Source: Candidatus Woesearchaeota archaeon
Lineage (GTDB): Archaea > Nanobdellota > Nanobdellia > SCGC-AAA011-G17 > JACPIM01
Assembly: GCA_016188045.1 (NCBI GenBank)
Contig: JACPIM010000002.1
Location: forward strand, 17,198-81,197
Length of the DNA stretch: 64,000 nt
Reading direction: 5' to 3'
A model generated the notes under the pieces. It saw only the letters and a list, made by a program, of their open reading frames with translations, was not told the DNA's origin and made no database searches. Of this stretch, positions 1-8,987 are shown piece after piece. Position numbers and translations under genes: made by a program. Positions within the stretch are counted from its first letter, which is position 1; each line of letters begins with the position of its first letter.

Positions 1-206
1 ATTACCTCATCAAACAACCCAATTTCACCAACCATAACATTTTTGTTGCTCGCAATATTTACTACAGCTATGGCTTCTTTGCTACTATAAGAAATCCTTA
101 TTCTGTCCAACGCACTTAATCCACCGCTTTTAGCATCATTACTATTTATAACTACAATTAATGGACCACCACTAGAAAGACCAAGATTTTTTACTTTAAG
201 CCTCAT
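1..206 (-). CDS. AMP phosphorylase (thymidine phosphorylase family), N-terminal fragment running off the window edge
   Basis: Minus-strand translation from ATG at 206-204 gives MRLKVKNLGLSSGGPLIVVINSNDAKSGGLSALDRIRISYSSKEAIAVVNIASNKNVMVGEIGLFDEV. The pattern (VINxxDAK ... GEIGLxxEV) matches the N-terminal domain of archaeal AMP phosphorylases. The R15P isomerase and form III RuBisCO in the same window fit this call. Confidence 0.5.
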   Translation of the reverse strand, partial: MRLKVKNLGLSSGGPLIVVINSNDAKSGGLSALDRIRISYSSKEAIAVVNIASNKNVMVGEIGLFDEV

Positions 207-1215
207 ATTCTTCACTTGTGTATATATCAAAAAATACAGTTAGTATAGATAAGATTAACGGACCAATAAATATACCCATAAGTCCAAATACCTTTAATCC
301 ACCAAAAACTCCTATCAAAGCCAAAGCAGGATGTATTTTTGCTTTACTACCTATTAATTTTGGCCTGATTATATTATCTATTGTGCTAACAATTAAAAGC
401 CCGTAAAAAAGCAACCCCAAACCATTAGTTATATCACCAGAGGCAATTTTAATCAATGAAATTGGGAACCAAATAAAAGCCGCTCCTACTAAAGGTATCA
501 TAGACAAAATTATCATCGCAAAACCCCATAAAAAAGGAGAGTCTACTTTGAATATTAGTAATCCAATAGTGCCTATAATCCCCTGTATTATTCCAGTCAA
601 AACCACCCCATATAAGGTAGCATAAATACTATCTTTAAATTTCTTAGCGATGTCTTCTTTATACCTCCTTTTTAAAGGCAAGGCTTCTTTTATGGCATTA
701 GTTAGTTTTTCTCCGTCAACTAAGAAATAAAACATTAAGAAAAATATGATAAATAAAGAAAGTAATTTGTTTGGTATGTCAATTATAAAGTCATGTGCTC
801 CTTGAATAAGAACAACAGAGATCTTATTCAAACCGTCTTTGATGAAAGAACTAACATCTAGATTATTGCCGAAATAAGAATTTATGTAATCTAATCTTAA
901 TCCTTCAAAATTTATATCCCTTACATTGTAAAAAAAGTTTGTAGTCTCATTCAGTAAGCTTGTTCCAAAAAAGACAAAAGGCAACAGCATTAATAATATA
1001 ACAATCAAAGAAGTAATCAAAGAACCAAGAATACGATTTTTCAAATATTTTAATATAAATTTATAAACAGGATAAACTACGAAAGATAAAACAGCAGCAC
1101 CGATAATAGAATCAAAAAAAGGCCAAATCAAGATAATCGCCGCAATTATAATTAATATGAAGCTACCAACAAAGAAATAATTCGAATGTTTTTTTAAATC
1201 CAAACCATCTTCCAT
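196..1215 (-). CDS. AI-2E family transporter (PerM/UPF0118-like polytopic membrane protein)
   Basis: 339 aa with 7-8 predicted TM helices. The N-terminal hydrophobic core and C-terminal GxxxG-rich helices are typical of the AI-2E/PerM family. Confidence 0.55.
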   Translation of the reverse strand: MEDGLDLKKHSNYFFVGSFILIIIAAIILIWPFFDSIIGAAVLSFVVYPVYKFILKYLKNRILGSLITSLIVILLMLLPFVFFGTSLLNETTNFFYNVRDINFEGLRLDYINSYFGNNLDVSSFIKDGLNKISVVLIQGAHDFIIDIPNKLLSLFIIFFLMFYFLVDGEKLTNAIKEALPLKRRYKEDIAKKFKDSIYATLYGVVLTGIIQGIIGTIGLLIFKVDSPFLWGFAMIILSMIPLVGAAFIWFPISLIKIASGDITNGLGLLFYGLLIVSTIDNIIRPKLIGSKAKIHPALALIGVFGGLKVFGLMGIFIGPLILSILTVFFDIYTSEEYEA

Positions 1216-1323
1216 ATATCAAAATATTTGTTTTTTTATTTATATTTGTTTCTATGCGTATTTTTGTGTATTTGTGATAATATTAAGCAAAACTTTAAAA
1301 GTATAAATACTATTCAATAACAA

Positions 1324-1650
1324 ATGGATAAGATTATACTTGGATTAACAGAGCAAGTTAAAATAAACGGAATACCAGTTAAAGCTAAAATAGATACAGG
1401 AGCAGATAGAAATTCTATTTGTAAATCTCTAATAAAAGAATTAAATCTGAAACCAACAGGAAAAAAAATAAGAGTAAAATCATCACATGGTATGACCTTA
1501 AGAGAAATTTATAGTGCAGAACTAGAAATAAAAGGCAAAAAAATGATTACTGATTTTAATGTTATTGATAGAAATAATCTAAGTTATTCTGTTTTAATAG
1601 GTAATAATACACTAAAACGCCATAATTTTTTAGTTGATCCAAAAAAATGA
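1324..1650 (+). CDS. retropepsin-like aspartic protease (RimK-associated zinc-protease/ATP-dependent protease family)
   Basis: 108 aa with a KIDTGADRNS motif (the D-T/S-G-A aspartyl protease signature). Its stop overlaps the start of the RimK ATP-grasp gene, matching the known Zn_protease-RimK gene pairing. Confidence 0.6.
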   Translation: MDKIILGLTEQVKINGIPVKAKIDTGADRNSICKSLIKELNLKPTGKKIRVKSSHGMTLREIYSAELEIKGKKMITDFNVIDRNNLSYSVLIGNNTLKRHNFLVDPKK

Positions 1651-2741
1651 AATTTGCTTTAATAAGTTTGGGTGGTAAAAGTAGTCTAAGAGTAGTTGAA
1701 GAAGCAAAAAATTTTTTTGAAGTAGCAGATCACTTGGATTTAAGCGAGATAGAAGTGCGAGCAGATTCAAAAGAATCAAAAGTTATATATAAAGACAAAC
1801 CAATAGGTCCCTATGATTGTATCTATGTTAGGGGTTCTTTTAGATATGCTTTATTACAGCAATCAATAACGCGGGCGTTGCATAACGAGGTTTATATGCC
1901 CCTAAAACCAAATTCATTTACCTTAGGCCATAATAAATTTTTAACCTTATTAGAGTTGCAAAAAAATAAAGTCCCACTACCAACAACATATTTTGTAAAC
2001 AATGTTAACACCGCTAAAAAAATTCTAGAAAAGGTTAATTTTCCAATAATCATGAAAATACCTTCAGGTACACAAGGCAAGGGAGTCATGTTCGCAGATT
2101 CAATGGGTTCTGCAAGATCAATGTTAGATGCTTTGGATGTATTTAACCAACCATATATAATACAAGAATTTATTGACACGGATTCCACAGATATTAGGGC
2201 CATTGTTTTAGGAAAAAAAGTTGTAGCCTCTATGAAAAGAAAGGGAACTAGGGGAGAACTAAGAGCTAACATACATGCTGGCGGAGAAGGAATGAACTTT
2301 GAATTAGGCTACGATATAGAACAGACCGCAATAAAAGCAGCAGAAGCAGTCGGAGCAGAGATAGCAGGAGTAGATATATTAGAGTATGGCAATAAACCAC
2401 TAGTTATAGAAGTAAATCTCTCTCCAGCACTAGAAGGTGGAATAAGTAAAGCTACTAAAAAAAATGTAGCTTATGAAACTGCAAAATTTCTTTTTGAAAA
2501 GACAAAAGAATTCAAAGAAAAAAACAGCAAAAGTCACGCAGAAAGCTTGTTAAGAGAGATTGGATCAACTAATTCAGATAAAAAAGAGTTTCTTACTAAT
2601 CTCAATATAAAAGCGGGCATAATCAAATTGCCAGATATTATAACAGAGATAAGCAAATTACACCCAGATGATGAGGTTTTAATAGAATCAAAAGAAGGAG
2701 AAATAAAAATAAAAAAACAGGAAATTAAAAAAAGCGATTAG
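1647..2741 (+). CDS. RimK-family ATP-grasp ligase (alpha-L-glutamate/LysX-like ligase) with a C-terminal extension
   Basis: ATP-grasp motifs are present (IMKIPSGTQGKGV, IIQEFID, RAIVLG, GVDILEYGNKPLVIEVNLSP). It is translationally coupled to the upstream aspartic protease. Confidence 0.75.
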   Translation: MKFALISLGGKSSLRVVEEAKNFFEVADHLDLSEIEVRADSKESKVIYKDKPIGPYDCIYVRGSFRYALLQQSITRALHNEVYMPLKPNSFTLGHNKFLTLLELQKNKVPLPTTYFVNNVNTAKKILEKVNFPIIMKIPSGTQGKGVMFADSMGSARSMLDALDVFNQPYIIQEFIDTDSTDIRAIVLGKKVVASMKRKGTRGELRANIHAGGEGMNFELGYDIEQTAIKAAEAVGAEIAGVDILEYGNKPLVIEVNLSPALEGGISKATKKNVAYETAKFLFEKTKEFKEKNSKSHAESLLREIGSTNSDKKEFLTNLNIKAGIIKLPDIITEISKLHPDDEVLIESKEGEIKIKKQEIKKSD

Positions 2742-3208
2742 CGATGTAAATCATAAGTTACTTTATCTTTGTTTATAATAGTAAAATATGCCCTCACTTC
2801 TTGTCCAGTTCCAACATCAAAGCCGCTTATATAATATCGCCCACTTTGTATATTTTTGTCTTTTATAATATCAGCTGGTATCTTAAGATAAGGTGTTCCT
2901 TTTTGCGCGTAGCATCTTTTTTGATCGCAGACTTTAAGTCTAACACTATTAACTCGCCCACCTAATTCCCGGTATACCTCTAAATACATTGGAGTAGTAG
3001 GTTTTATAGCAGAATTAGCAATACCCTTACTACCAGGCATTACTGTAACTTTTATTGTACCACCTTCGGTTACACTGTTTTTATCTAAAATAATCTGTGT
3101 TTTAGTATCTGATACCGCACCACCAGTAATACCTTCTCCTAAATTAAAACTAATTAAACTAATAATTAATATTAGAACAGCAAGTAATATCACCTTTTTT
3201 TCATTCAT
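2738..3208 (-). CDS. small membrane-anchored secreted protein, paralog 1 of a tandem family
   Basis: 156 aa. N-terminal basic segment then a hydrophobic helix (MNEKKVILLAVLILIISLISF), a VTVMPGSKG motif and a conserved Cys pair (VCDQKRCY). It shares architecture with the four genes downstream. Confidence 0.5.
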   Translation of the reverse strand: MNEKKVILLAVLILIISLISFNLGEGITGGAVSDTKTQIILDKNSVTEGGTIKVTVMPGSKGIANSAIKPTTPMYLEVYRELGGRVNSVRLKVCDQKRCYAQKGTPYLKIPADIIKDKNIQSGRYYISGFDVGTGQEVRAYFTIINKDKVTYDLHR

Positions 3209-3603
3209 TCACTATCACCTCTCTTTATTGTAAAATCTTCCATTATAAAACCTTTTCGGTTATAGTCATATACCTTAACGTGATAAACTCCCGGTTTCCA
3301 GTTATTTGGTACCCAGTAACTTATAGTGGTTTCTTCAGAGCATTTGTAATCCCCATCGCAAAGTTCAATTGAAGCCTTTCTCAAATCATCTTCCGCGTTA
3401 TAAAAATTAAGATTATTATTTACCCCACCTAAACCAGGATAGACCATTATTAAAATCATACTCCCAGACTTTACAACTTTAGGGCTTATTCTCATCCCAG
3501 AAAACTCTTTTACACTAAGGCCGGTTATGTCTAAGTTAAAAGAAAAAATAGCTATAAGTATTAGGATTATAGCTCCCAATATTATCTTTGACTCTCTTTC
3601 CAT
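3205..3603 (-). CDS. small membrane-anchored secreted protein, paralog 2
   Basis: 132 aa. N-terminal signal-anchor, an IMVYPGLGG motif and a Cys pair (LCDGDYKC). Overlaps its neighbour by 4 nt. Confidence 0.5.
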   Translation of the reverse strand: MERESKIILGAIILILIAIFSFNLDITGLSVKEFSGMRISPKVVKSGSMILIMVYPGLGGVNNNLNFYNAEDDLRKASIELCDGDYKCSEETTISYWVPNNWKPGVYHVKVYDYNRKGFIMEDFTIKRGDSE

Positions 3604-3623
3604 TTATCAAATAAAATAAAAAA

Positions 3624-4058
3624 TTAACCAACATGATTTATGGTAAATATGTTGGAATCAACTTTAAAATTATATGATGGGTTTGACCTTTCTACTCTTA
3701 TAATGTAATCACCAGATTGGACCCTAGCTGGGATCAAAAACTGTTTACTAACTACCCCGTTACATATGCTCTGAGTACCGCATAATGTATCAGAAATACT
3801 TACTCTCTCCTTTAATCCGCTATTAACAGAAAATAGTTCCAATTGGCTATCAACACCAACAGATCCAGTATCAACAGTTACAGTAACGAATTTTGCACTT
3901 TCATCTCCGCTAAAAGTAACTATCGAAGGAGAAACAACAACACTAACATCACTACCATCACCAACAACCCTACCGCTTATTTTATTGAAATTAAAAGCAA
4001 CCAAAGCCAATAAAATTATTAATACTGCAACCAAAAGCGTCTTATTATTCTGCTCCAT
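3624..4058 (-). CDS. small membrane-anchored secreted protein, paralog 3
   Basis: 144 aa. N-terminal signal-anchor and a Cys pair (LCGTQSIC). Beta-rich Ig-like composition. Confidence 0.45.
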   Translation of the reverse strand: MEQNNKTLLVAVLIILLALVAFNFNKISGRVVGDGSDVSVVVSPSIVTFSGDESAKFVTVTVDTGSVGVDSQLELFSVNSGLKERVSISDTLCGTQSICNGVVSKQFLIPARVQSGDYIIRVERSNPSYNFKVDSNIFTINHVG

Positions 4059-4072
4059 ATAATTAACCTCCC

Positions 4073-4528
4073 TTAAATTATATTAAAATTTGCTGTAGCA
4101 TAAACCTTCTGTCTTGTACCACCTAAAGATCTCTCTTCCACATTTTCTTCAACCTTTACTGTATAGGTTGCATCAGAAGGCCAAGTATCATCATTAGTCC
4201 CTACCAAATATTTAACCGTTGATGTGCCATAACAAACTGAAGTTTTTGTAGCTTCCTCTGTACATACTTTTTTATTAGTGCCCTGTATTCTTACGCCATT
4301 TCTCTCTATCGACATCCACTCATTTTTCACACCACCTGGTCCAGGATAAACAGTTACTTCTATAATGCCGTTCCTGTTTACAGGATTAGGCTCAATATCA
4401 ATTACAGTTCCACCGTCTTTTACCTGATATCCAGATAAAGTAGAATTGGTAAAATTACTAGCGATCATAGCCACCAATAATATTCCGACAGCAACAAATA
4501 TGGTTTTTCTTTCATTCATTTTTATCAC
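4073..4528 (-). CDS. small membrane-anchored secreted protein, paralog 4
   Basis: 151 aa. Signal-anchor, a VTVYPGPGG motif and a Cys pair (VCTEEATKTSVCYG). Confidence 0.5.
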   Translation of the reverse strand: MIKMNERKTIFVAVGILLVAMIASNFTNSTLSGYQVKDGGTVIDIEPNPVNRNGIIEVTVYPGPGGVKNEWMSIERNGVRIQGTNKKVCTEEATKTSVCYGTSTVKYLVGTNDDTWPSDATYTVKVEENVEERSLGGTRQKVYATANFNII

Positions 4529-4953
4529 CTTATCCTAAAAGGAGCTTCAATCGTAAAGTCTCCTGTGCATACATCTTTTAATTTAATAACATAATCTTGA
4601 TTACTTTCCCAAACATCACTTTGAGAATATGTTTGTATTTTAGAACTGCCGCTTTTGCATTTATACTCGCCACCACAGATATTCCTCATAGTTACACTTA
4701 TTTTTGAATCAACTGCTTTGCCATTTCTATCCAAGTTTCTTTTGTAAACTCTGGCCTCTTCATAAAAACCTTTACCGCTACCAACATTTACTGTAACCGA
4801 ATCACCAAGGTTTATCTCATTAGGAATAGCAGTAGCAATACTTTCTTTGCAATTAACAATATTACCTGTTAAATTTAGAAAACTAGAGGACAACATTGCA
4901 ACTCCAAGAACTAGAACAGCACTTAATAATATCTTATTCTCTTGTTGCATCAA
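4525..4953 (-). CDS. small membrane-anchored secreted protein, paralog 5
   Basis: 142 aa. Signal-anchor, a VTVNVGSGKG motif and a Cys pair (ICGGEYKC). Overlaps its neighbour by 4 nt. Confidence 0.5.
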   Translation of the reverse strand: MMQQENKILLSAVLVLGVAMLSSSFLNLTGNIVNCKESIATAIPNEINLGDSVTVNVGSGKGFYEEARVYKRNLDRNGKAVDSKISVTMRNICGGEYKCKSGSSKIQTYSQSDVWESNQDYVIKLKDVCTGDFTIEAPFRIR

Positions 4954-5005
4954 TACACCTCCTTTGAATATAAAAGTTATAGTTTCGTTATTTAAAAAAC
5001 TTTCG

Positions 5006-5200
5006 TTAACTTCCGATTAATCTTGAGGGTATATTTAACGCATCAATCTCATATAATGTGAAACCAATTATTAGCAATAGGACAAACAACAGGATAATTA
5101 AGGCAGTAAGTAAATTATTTGTTTTTTGTTGCAACACCTGACTGTAACTAACCTCATATCTCTTTACTTTTCCCTTCTCATCCTTAAGTTCATATTCCAT
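5006..5200 (-). CDS. hypothetical small single-pass membrane protein
   Basis: 64 aa with one strong TM helix. No recognisable domain. Confidence 0.3.
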   Translation of the reverse strand: MEYELKDEKGKVKRYEVSYSQVLQQKTNNLLTALIILLFVLLLIIGFTLYEIDALNIPSRLIGS

Positions 5201-5282
5201 AGTTACTACTTTAAAATGCTTAATATTTATAAAGATATTGATAAAACAAAATATATTTTACGTCAACGCTTTTTTATTTTTA

Positions 5283-5312
5283 TGGTCTTAGCACTTTCTT
5301 AAAGTGCTAATT
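5283..5312. repeat. palindromic motif copy A (ttttatggtcttagcactttcttaaagtgctaat) with a perfect 10-bp stem
   Basis: ttagcacttt / aaagtgctaa is a perfect inverted repeat with a 3-nt loop, immediately 3' of the GT2 gene 5312..6250. A near-identical copy occurs at 42259-42290. Confidence 0.5.
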
Positions 5313-6250
5313 TAAAACAATATTTCCTTAATATTCAAGGTATCTTCTTCATAAGTCTTAAAATAAACTCTAGTTAATATTTCACTAATAAAACCAAACA
5401 TTATTGATAAACTTCCAGTAATAATTAATAAAACAACCAATATCAGTAAAGGACCAACTGTAAATACATTAAGTATAATCGCTTTCATAATCTGCTCTAT
5501 TAAAATAAATAATGCCAAAAAATATTGTATAAATCCTAGACCACCAAAAAAATGCAATGGCCTTGTTGAATAACTTGACCAAAATTTTATGTATAATAAA
5601 TCTAAAAATCCTTTAAATAATCTCAAGCTACCATATTTGGTTTTTCCTAAAATTCTTTTTCTATGATTAACTTTAACTTCTCCAATTTTAAATCCCTTTA
5701 ATAGCAAAATAGTCGTGATATATCTATGCATTTCTCCAAACAAGTCCAAATTTTTTACAACTTCTCTTCTATAAGCTTTCAAAGAACAACCGGCATCATG
5801 TATTTTTTCCTTAACTAAGACTCTTCTAATGAAATTTGCGATTTTTGAATAAACTCTTTTACTAAATTTATCTTTCCTATTCCATCTCCACCCAGAAATT
5901 GCATCATATCCTTTCTTCAATTCATTTAATAATAAAGGTATATCTTTAGGATCATTTTGTAAATCTCCGTCCATGGTTATTGCTATCTTACCACTAAAAT
6001 ACTTAAAACCAGCCCTCCAAGCAGCAGTTTGCCCTAAATTTCTGCTAAATTTTATTACTTTAATTCTTTTATCTTCTTCATGCAATTTTTTTAATATGTT
6101 AAAAGTATTATCTTTACTGCCATCATCAACAAATATAATCTCAAAAGAATTTGTTATTTTTTCTAAAATATTCTTTAACTCCCTATATAAAAGCAATATA
6201 TTCTCCTGTTCATTATACACCGAGACTATAATAGACAAGTCAATTTCCAT
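5312..6250 (-). CDS. GT2 glycosyltransferase, dolichol-phosphate mannose/glucose synthase-like (GtrB/DPM1-like) with C-terminal TM helices
   Basis: IVSVYNEQENI, FVDDGSKDNT and TMDGDLQNDP motifs of GT-A family 2 Dol-P-hexose synthases, plus 2 C-terminal TM helices. Confidence 0.8.
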   Translation of the reverse strand: MEIDLSIIVSVYNEQENILLLYRELKNILEKITNSFEIIFVDDGSKDNTFNILKKLHEEDKRIKVIKFSRNLGQTAAWRAGFKYFSGKIAITMDGDLQNDPKDIPLLLNELKKGYDAISGWRWNRKDKFSKRVYSKIANFIRRVLVKEKIHDAGCSLKAYRREVVKNLDLFGEMHRYITTILLLKGFKIGEVKVNHRKRILGKTKYGSLRLFKGFLDLLYIKFWSSYSTRPLHFFGGLGFIQYFLALFILIEQIMKAIILNVFTVGPLLILVVLLIITGSLSIMFGFISEILTRVYFKTYEEDTLNIKEILF

Positions 6251-8170
6251 TTAAATCAACCTATCCAAGTTTAGCTTTGCTTTATTAATATTTTCATTCT
6301 CAATGAATATTCTATACCATAGCTCAAAATTAAGTATATTCCACATCTGTCTGGCGTAATACAGCTTAGATTTATCCCTAACTTTCAACATCTTTTTAAA
6401 ATATTCTTTTTTAGCTAACTTTTTCCTCACTAAAATAGAATTATCTAAAACCCGATTAGTTAGTTCTTTCAAATCTTTGTTTATCCATTCATCTATAGGA
6501 ACAAAGAATCTTTCTTTTTTAGCACTATAAATCTGCTTAGGTAGTTTATCTTTCATAGTTCTTCTTAACAAATATTTATCTTTTAATCCATTTAATTTTA
6601 AATTGCTCTTAACTTTGGACATTAATTCTACAATTCTATGATCCAAAAAAGGAACCCTTGCTTCAATAGCATGTGCCATAGTCATTTTGTCAACTTTCAT
6701 CAACAAATTATCGCATAAAGAAGCGTTTATCTCACAATCCAAGTTTTTATTCAGTAAACTATTCTTTTTACTAAAATAAAAGTTAAAGTCATTTACTAGG
6801 TCATTATAATACTTACTTAACTTTTCATCTCCAAATTCTTCTAGATCCTTCTTATCAAATACTGTTATTAAGCTCAAATAAGTCAAAGTTTCATTATTCA
6901 AATTTTCCAAGAATACTTTAAATCTCTCAATGCCCTTTTCACCTAAACTCTCGCTATATCTGAAGAGTTTATTTAATAACTGTTTCGGCAGATTATTAAC
7001 TAGATTAGGAACATTTTTTCTTAGTGGCAAAGGAATTATTTTTCCGTATTTCCCCAATTTCATTATTTTATATTGCTCATATCCACCAAAAACTTCATCG
7101 GCTCCCTCCCCTACTAAACAAACAGTTGCTTTTTTCTTTGTTTTTTCAGATAAAACATAAGTTGGAATGGCTGCGGGATCTGCCAAAGGCTCGTCAAAAT
7201 GCCAAATTATTTTAGGCAATAATTCTATTGAGTTTGGTTCAATAATAATTTCATTATGATCGGTATTAAAATAATCAGAAACCAATCTCGCATTTTCTAA
7301 ATCTCTCTCTTTACCAAAACCAACGGAAAAAGTCTTTATAGATTCGTTTTTTAATTTGCTGGCAACTTGGACAATAGTACTGGAATCTATTCCGCCAGAT
7401 AAAAACACACCAATAGGAACATCACTTGTTAACTCGCCCCTAACACCATCAGTTAATAGATTATATAGTTCTTTGCTTAATTTATTTAAATTGCCATTTT
7501 CTTCACTAAAATTAATTTCCCAATATTTATTGATTTCAATTTTTTTACTTTCATATTTTATATAACATCCAGGCTGAAGTTTATTTATATTTTTAATAAT
7601 AGTTCTAGGTCCAGGTATAAATCTTAAAGATAAATAATAACTTAGAGATTGTAAATTAATTTCTTTTTTTATTTCTTCATTTAGTAATAAAGATTTAATT
7701 TCAGAAGCAAAAAACAAAATTCCCTCTTCAAAATAATAATATAATGGTTTAATCCCTAGCCTATCTCTAACAATTAATCCTTTTTTGTTTTTAATGTCCC
7801 ATATACAGAAAGAAAACATCCCAATTAATTTGTTTAAAAACTTTTCACCATGCTCTTCATATAAATGAACCAAAACTTCCGAGTCTGAATTTGAGTAAAA
7901 TTTATGTCCTGCTTTTTCTAATTCTCCTCTTAATTCAATATAATTATATATTTCTCCATTACAAATAACTAAAATAGTTCCATCTTCATTAAATAAAGGT
8001 TGTTTTCCCTTCTTGCTTAGATCAATAATACTTAATCTTCTATGTCCAATACTAACATTTTTATCAATAAAGTAATCATAATCATCAGGTCCCCTATGAG
8101 AAAGTATACTAGTCATTTTTCTAATCAATTCTTTATCTTCTTTTCCTAATATTCCAGTAATTCCGCACAA
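6251..8170 (-). CDS. asnB: asparagine synthetase (glutamine-hydrolysing)
   Basis: N-terminal MCGITG class II amidotransferase Cys2 and an SGGIDSS PP-loop. 639 aa. Start abuts the stop of the upstream GT2. Confidence 0.85.
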   Translation of the reverse strand: MCGITGILGKEDKELIRKMTSILSHRGPDDYDYFIDKNVSIGHRRLSIIDLSKKGKQPLFNEDGTILVICNGEIYNYIELRGELEKAGHKFYSNSDSEVLVHLYEEHGEKFLNKLIGMFSFCIWDIKNKKGLIVRDRLGIKPLYYYFEEGILFFASEIKSLLLNEEIKKEINLQSLSYYLSLRFIPGPRTIIKNINKLQPGCYIKYESKKIEINKYWEINFSEENGNLNKLSKELYNLLTDGVRGELTSDVPIGVFLSGGIDSSTIVQVASKLKNESIKTFSVGFGKERDLENARLVSDYFNTDHNEIIIEPNSIELLPKIIWHFDEPLADPAAIPTYVLSEKTKKKATVCLVGEGADEVFGGYEQYKIMKLGKYGKIIPLPLRKNVPNLVNNLPKQLLNKLFRYSESLGEKGIERFKVFLENLNNETLTYLSLITVFDKKDLEEFGDEKLSKYYNDLVNDFNFYFSKKNSLLNKNLDCEINASLCDNLLMKVDKMTMAHAIEARVPFLDHRIVELMSKVKSNLKLNGLKDKYLLRRTMKDKLPKQIYSAKKERFFVPIDEWINKDLKELTNRVLDNSILVRKKLAKKEYFKKMLKVRDKSKLYYARQMWNILNFELWYRIFIENENINKAKLNLDRLI

Positions 8171-8182
8171 AGTTTAAACCCC

Positions 8183-8923
8183 CTATACTTTCTGTGCTAT
8201 AATAACCGTTTCAACACCAAAAGGATACTTAATGAATTTCATTAATATAATCTCTAGCTTAGCAATTAGTAAAAAAAAGCTATTTAAAAATTTAGGTCCA
8301 GTTCCAATTGAAACTTTCTTACTTTCTTTATAGGTCAGTCTCTGATAATATGTGAAAAAAATATCTGGTAAGAACGCAAAAAAATTGCAGTAATTTTCAT
8401 ATATTATTTTTAAACTGTTTTTTTCTAAAAGTTTCTTAATTAAATTTTTAGTATATCTTCTTTTATGATGTGAACTATAATCAATATCACCCCATAAAAA
8501 ACCAAACACCGGAACAACAATGAATAAGTATCCATTTTTATCCAATAAACCAAATAGATTTCTAACAGCGTTATCGTCATTTTCAGTATGTTCTAATATA
8601 TCAGAAGCCAAAATAAAATCAAATTTTCCTCTAGGCAAAGTTTCTTTTTTCTCAATATCTGCCTTATAGCATTCAATGCCCTTTTCTTTGCAGATCTTCA
8701 CGGCTTCTTCCATGAAATCAATCCCAACCACTTTATTTTTCTCACTTAATTCTTTTAATAAAAATGAATTCTGTCCAACATTGCAGCCAACATCTAATGG
8801 ATTTTCAAATCCAATTTTCAGTCTTTTAATCAATTTTTTAATTAAAATCATTCTAGAAACATTATACCAATTATATGAACTCCTTTCATTTAATAGTTTA
8901 TAATTATCTATATCCATAGCCAC
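8183..8923 (-). CDS. class I SAM-dependent methyltransferase
   Basis: Motif I LDVGCNVGQN and post-I/II FILASDILEHT. Confidence 0.7.
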   Translation of the reverse strand: MAMDIDNYKLLNERSSYNWYNVSRMILIKKLIKRLKIGFENPLDVGCNVGQNSFLLKELSEKNKVVGIDFMEEAVKICKEKGIECYKADIEKKETLPRGKFDFILASDILEHTENDDNAVRNLFGLLDKNGYLFIVVPVFGFLWGDIDYSSHHKRRYTKNLIKKLLEKNSLKIIYENYCNFFAFLPDIFFTYYQRLTYKESKKVSIGTGPKFLNSFFLLIAKLEIILMKFIKYPFGVETVIIAQKV

Positions 8924-8987
8924 TTATTTACCTTAAAAAACCTTTTAAACCTTCTTAAACAGTATTTTACTCATTTTCACTAATAAA

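Noticed and set aside
1285-1310. TATA-like aaaagtataaata upstream of ATG 1324 as its promoter
   Set aside because: It is centred only about 20 nt before the ATG, so the predicted start site would fall inside the coding sequence. Not called.
5283-5312. Hairpin at 5283-5312 as an intrinsic terminator of the minus-strand GT2 gene
   Set aside because: For the minus-strand transcript the hairpin is followed by an A-rich run, not a U-run; the T-run lies on the other side. It is reported as a repeated palindromic motif rather than a terminator.
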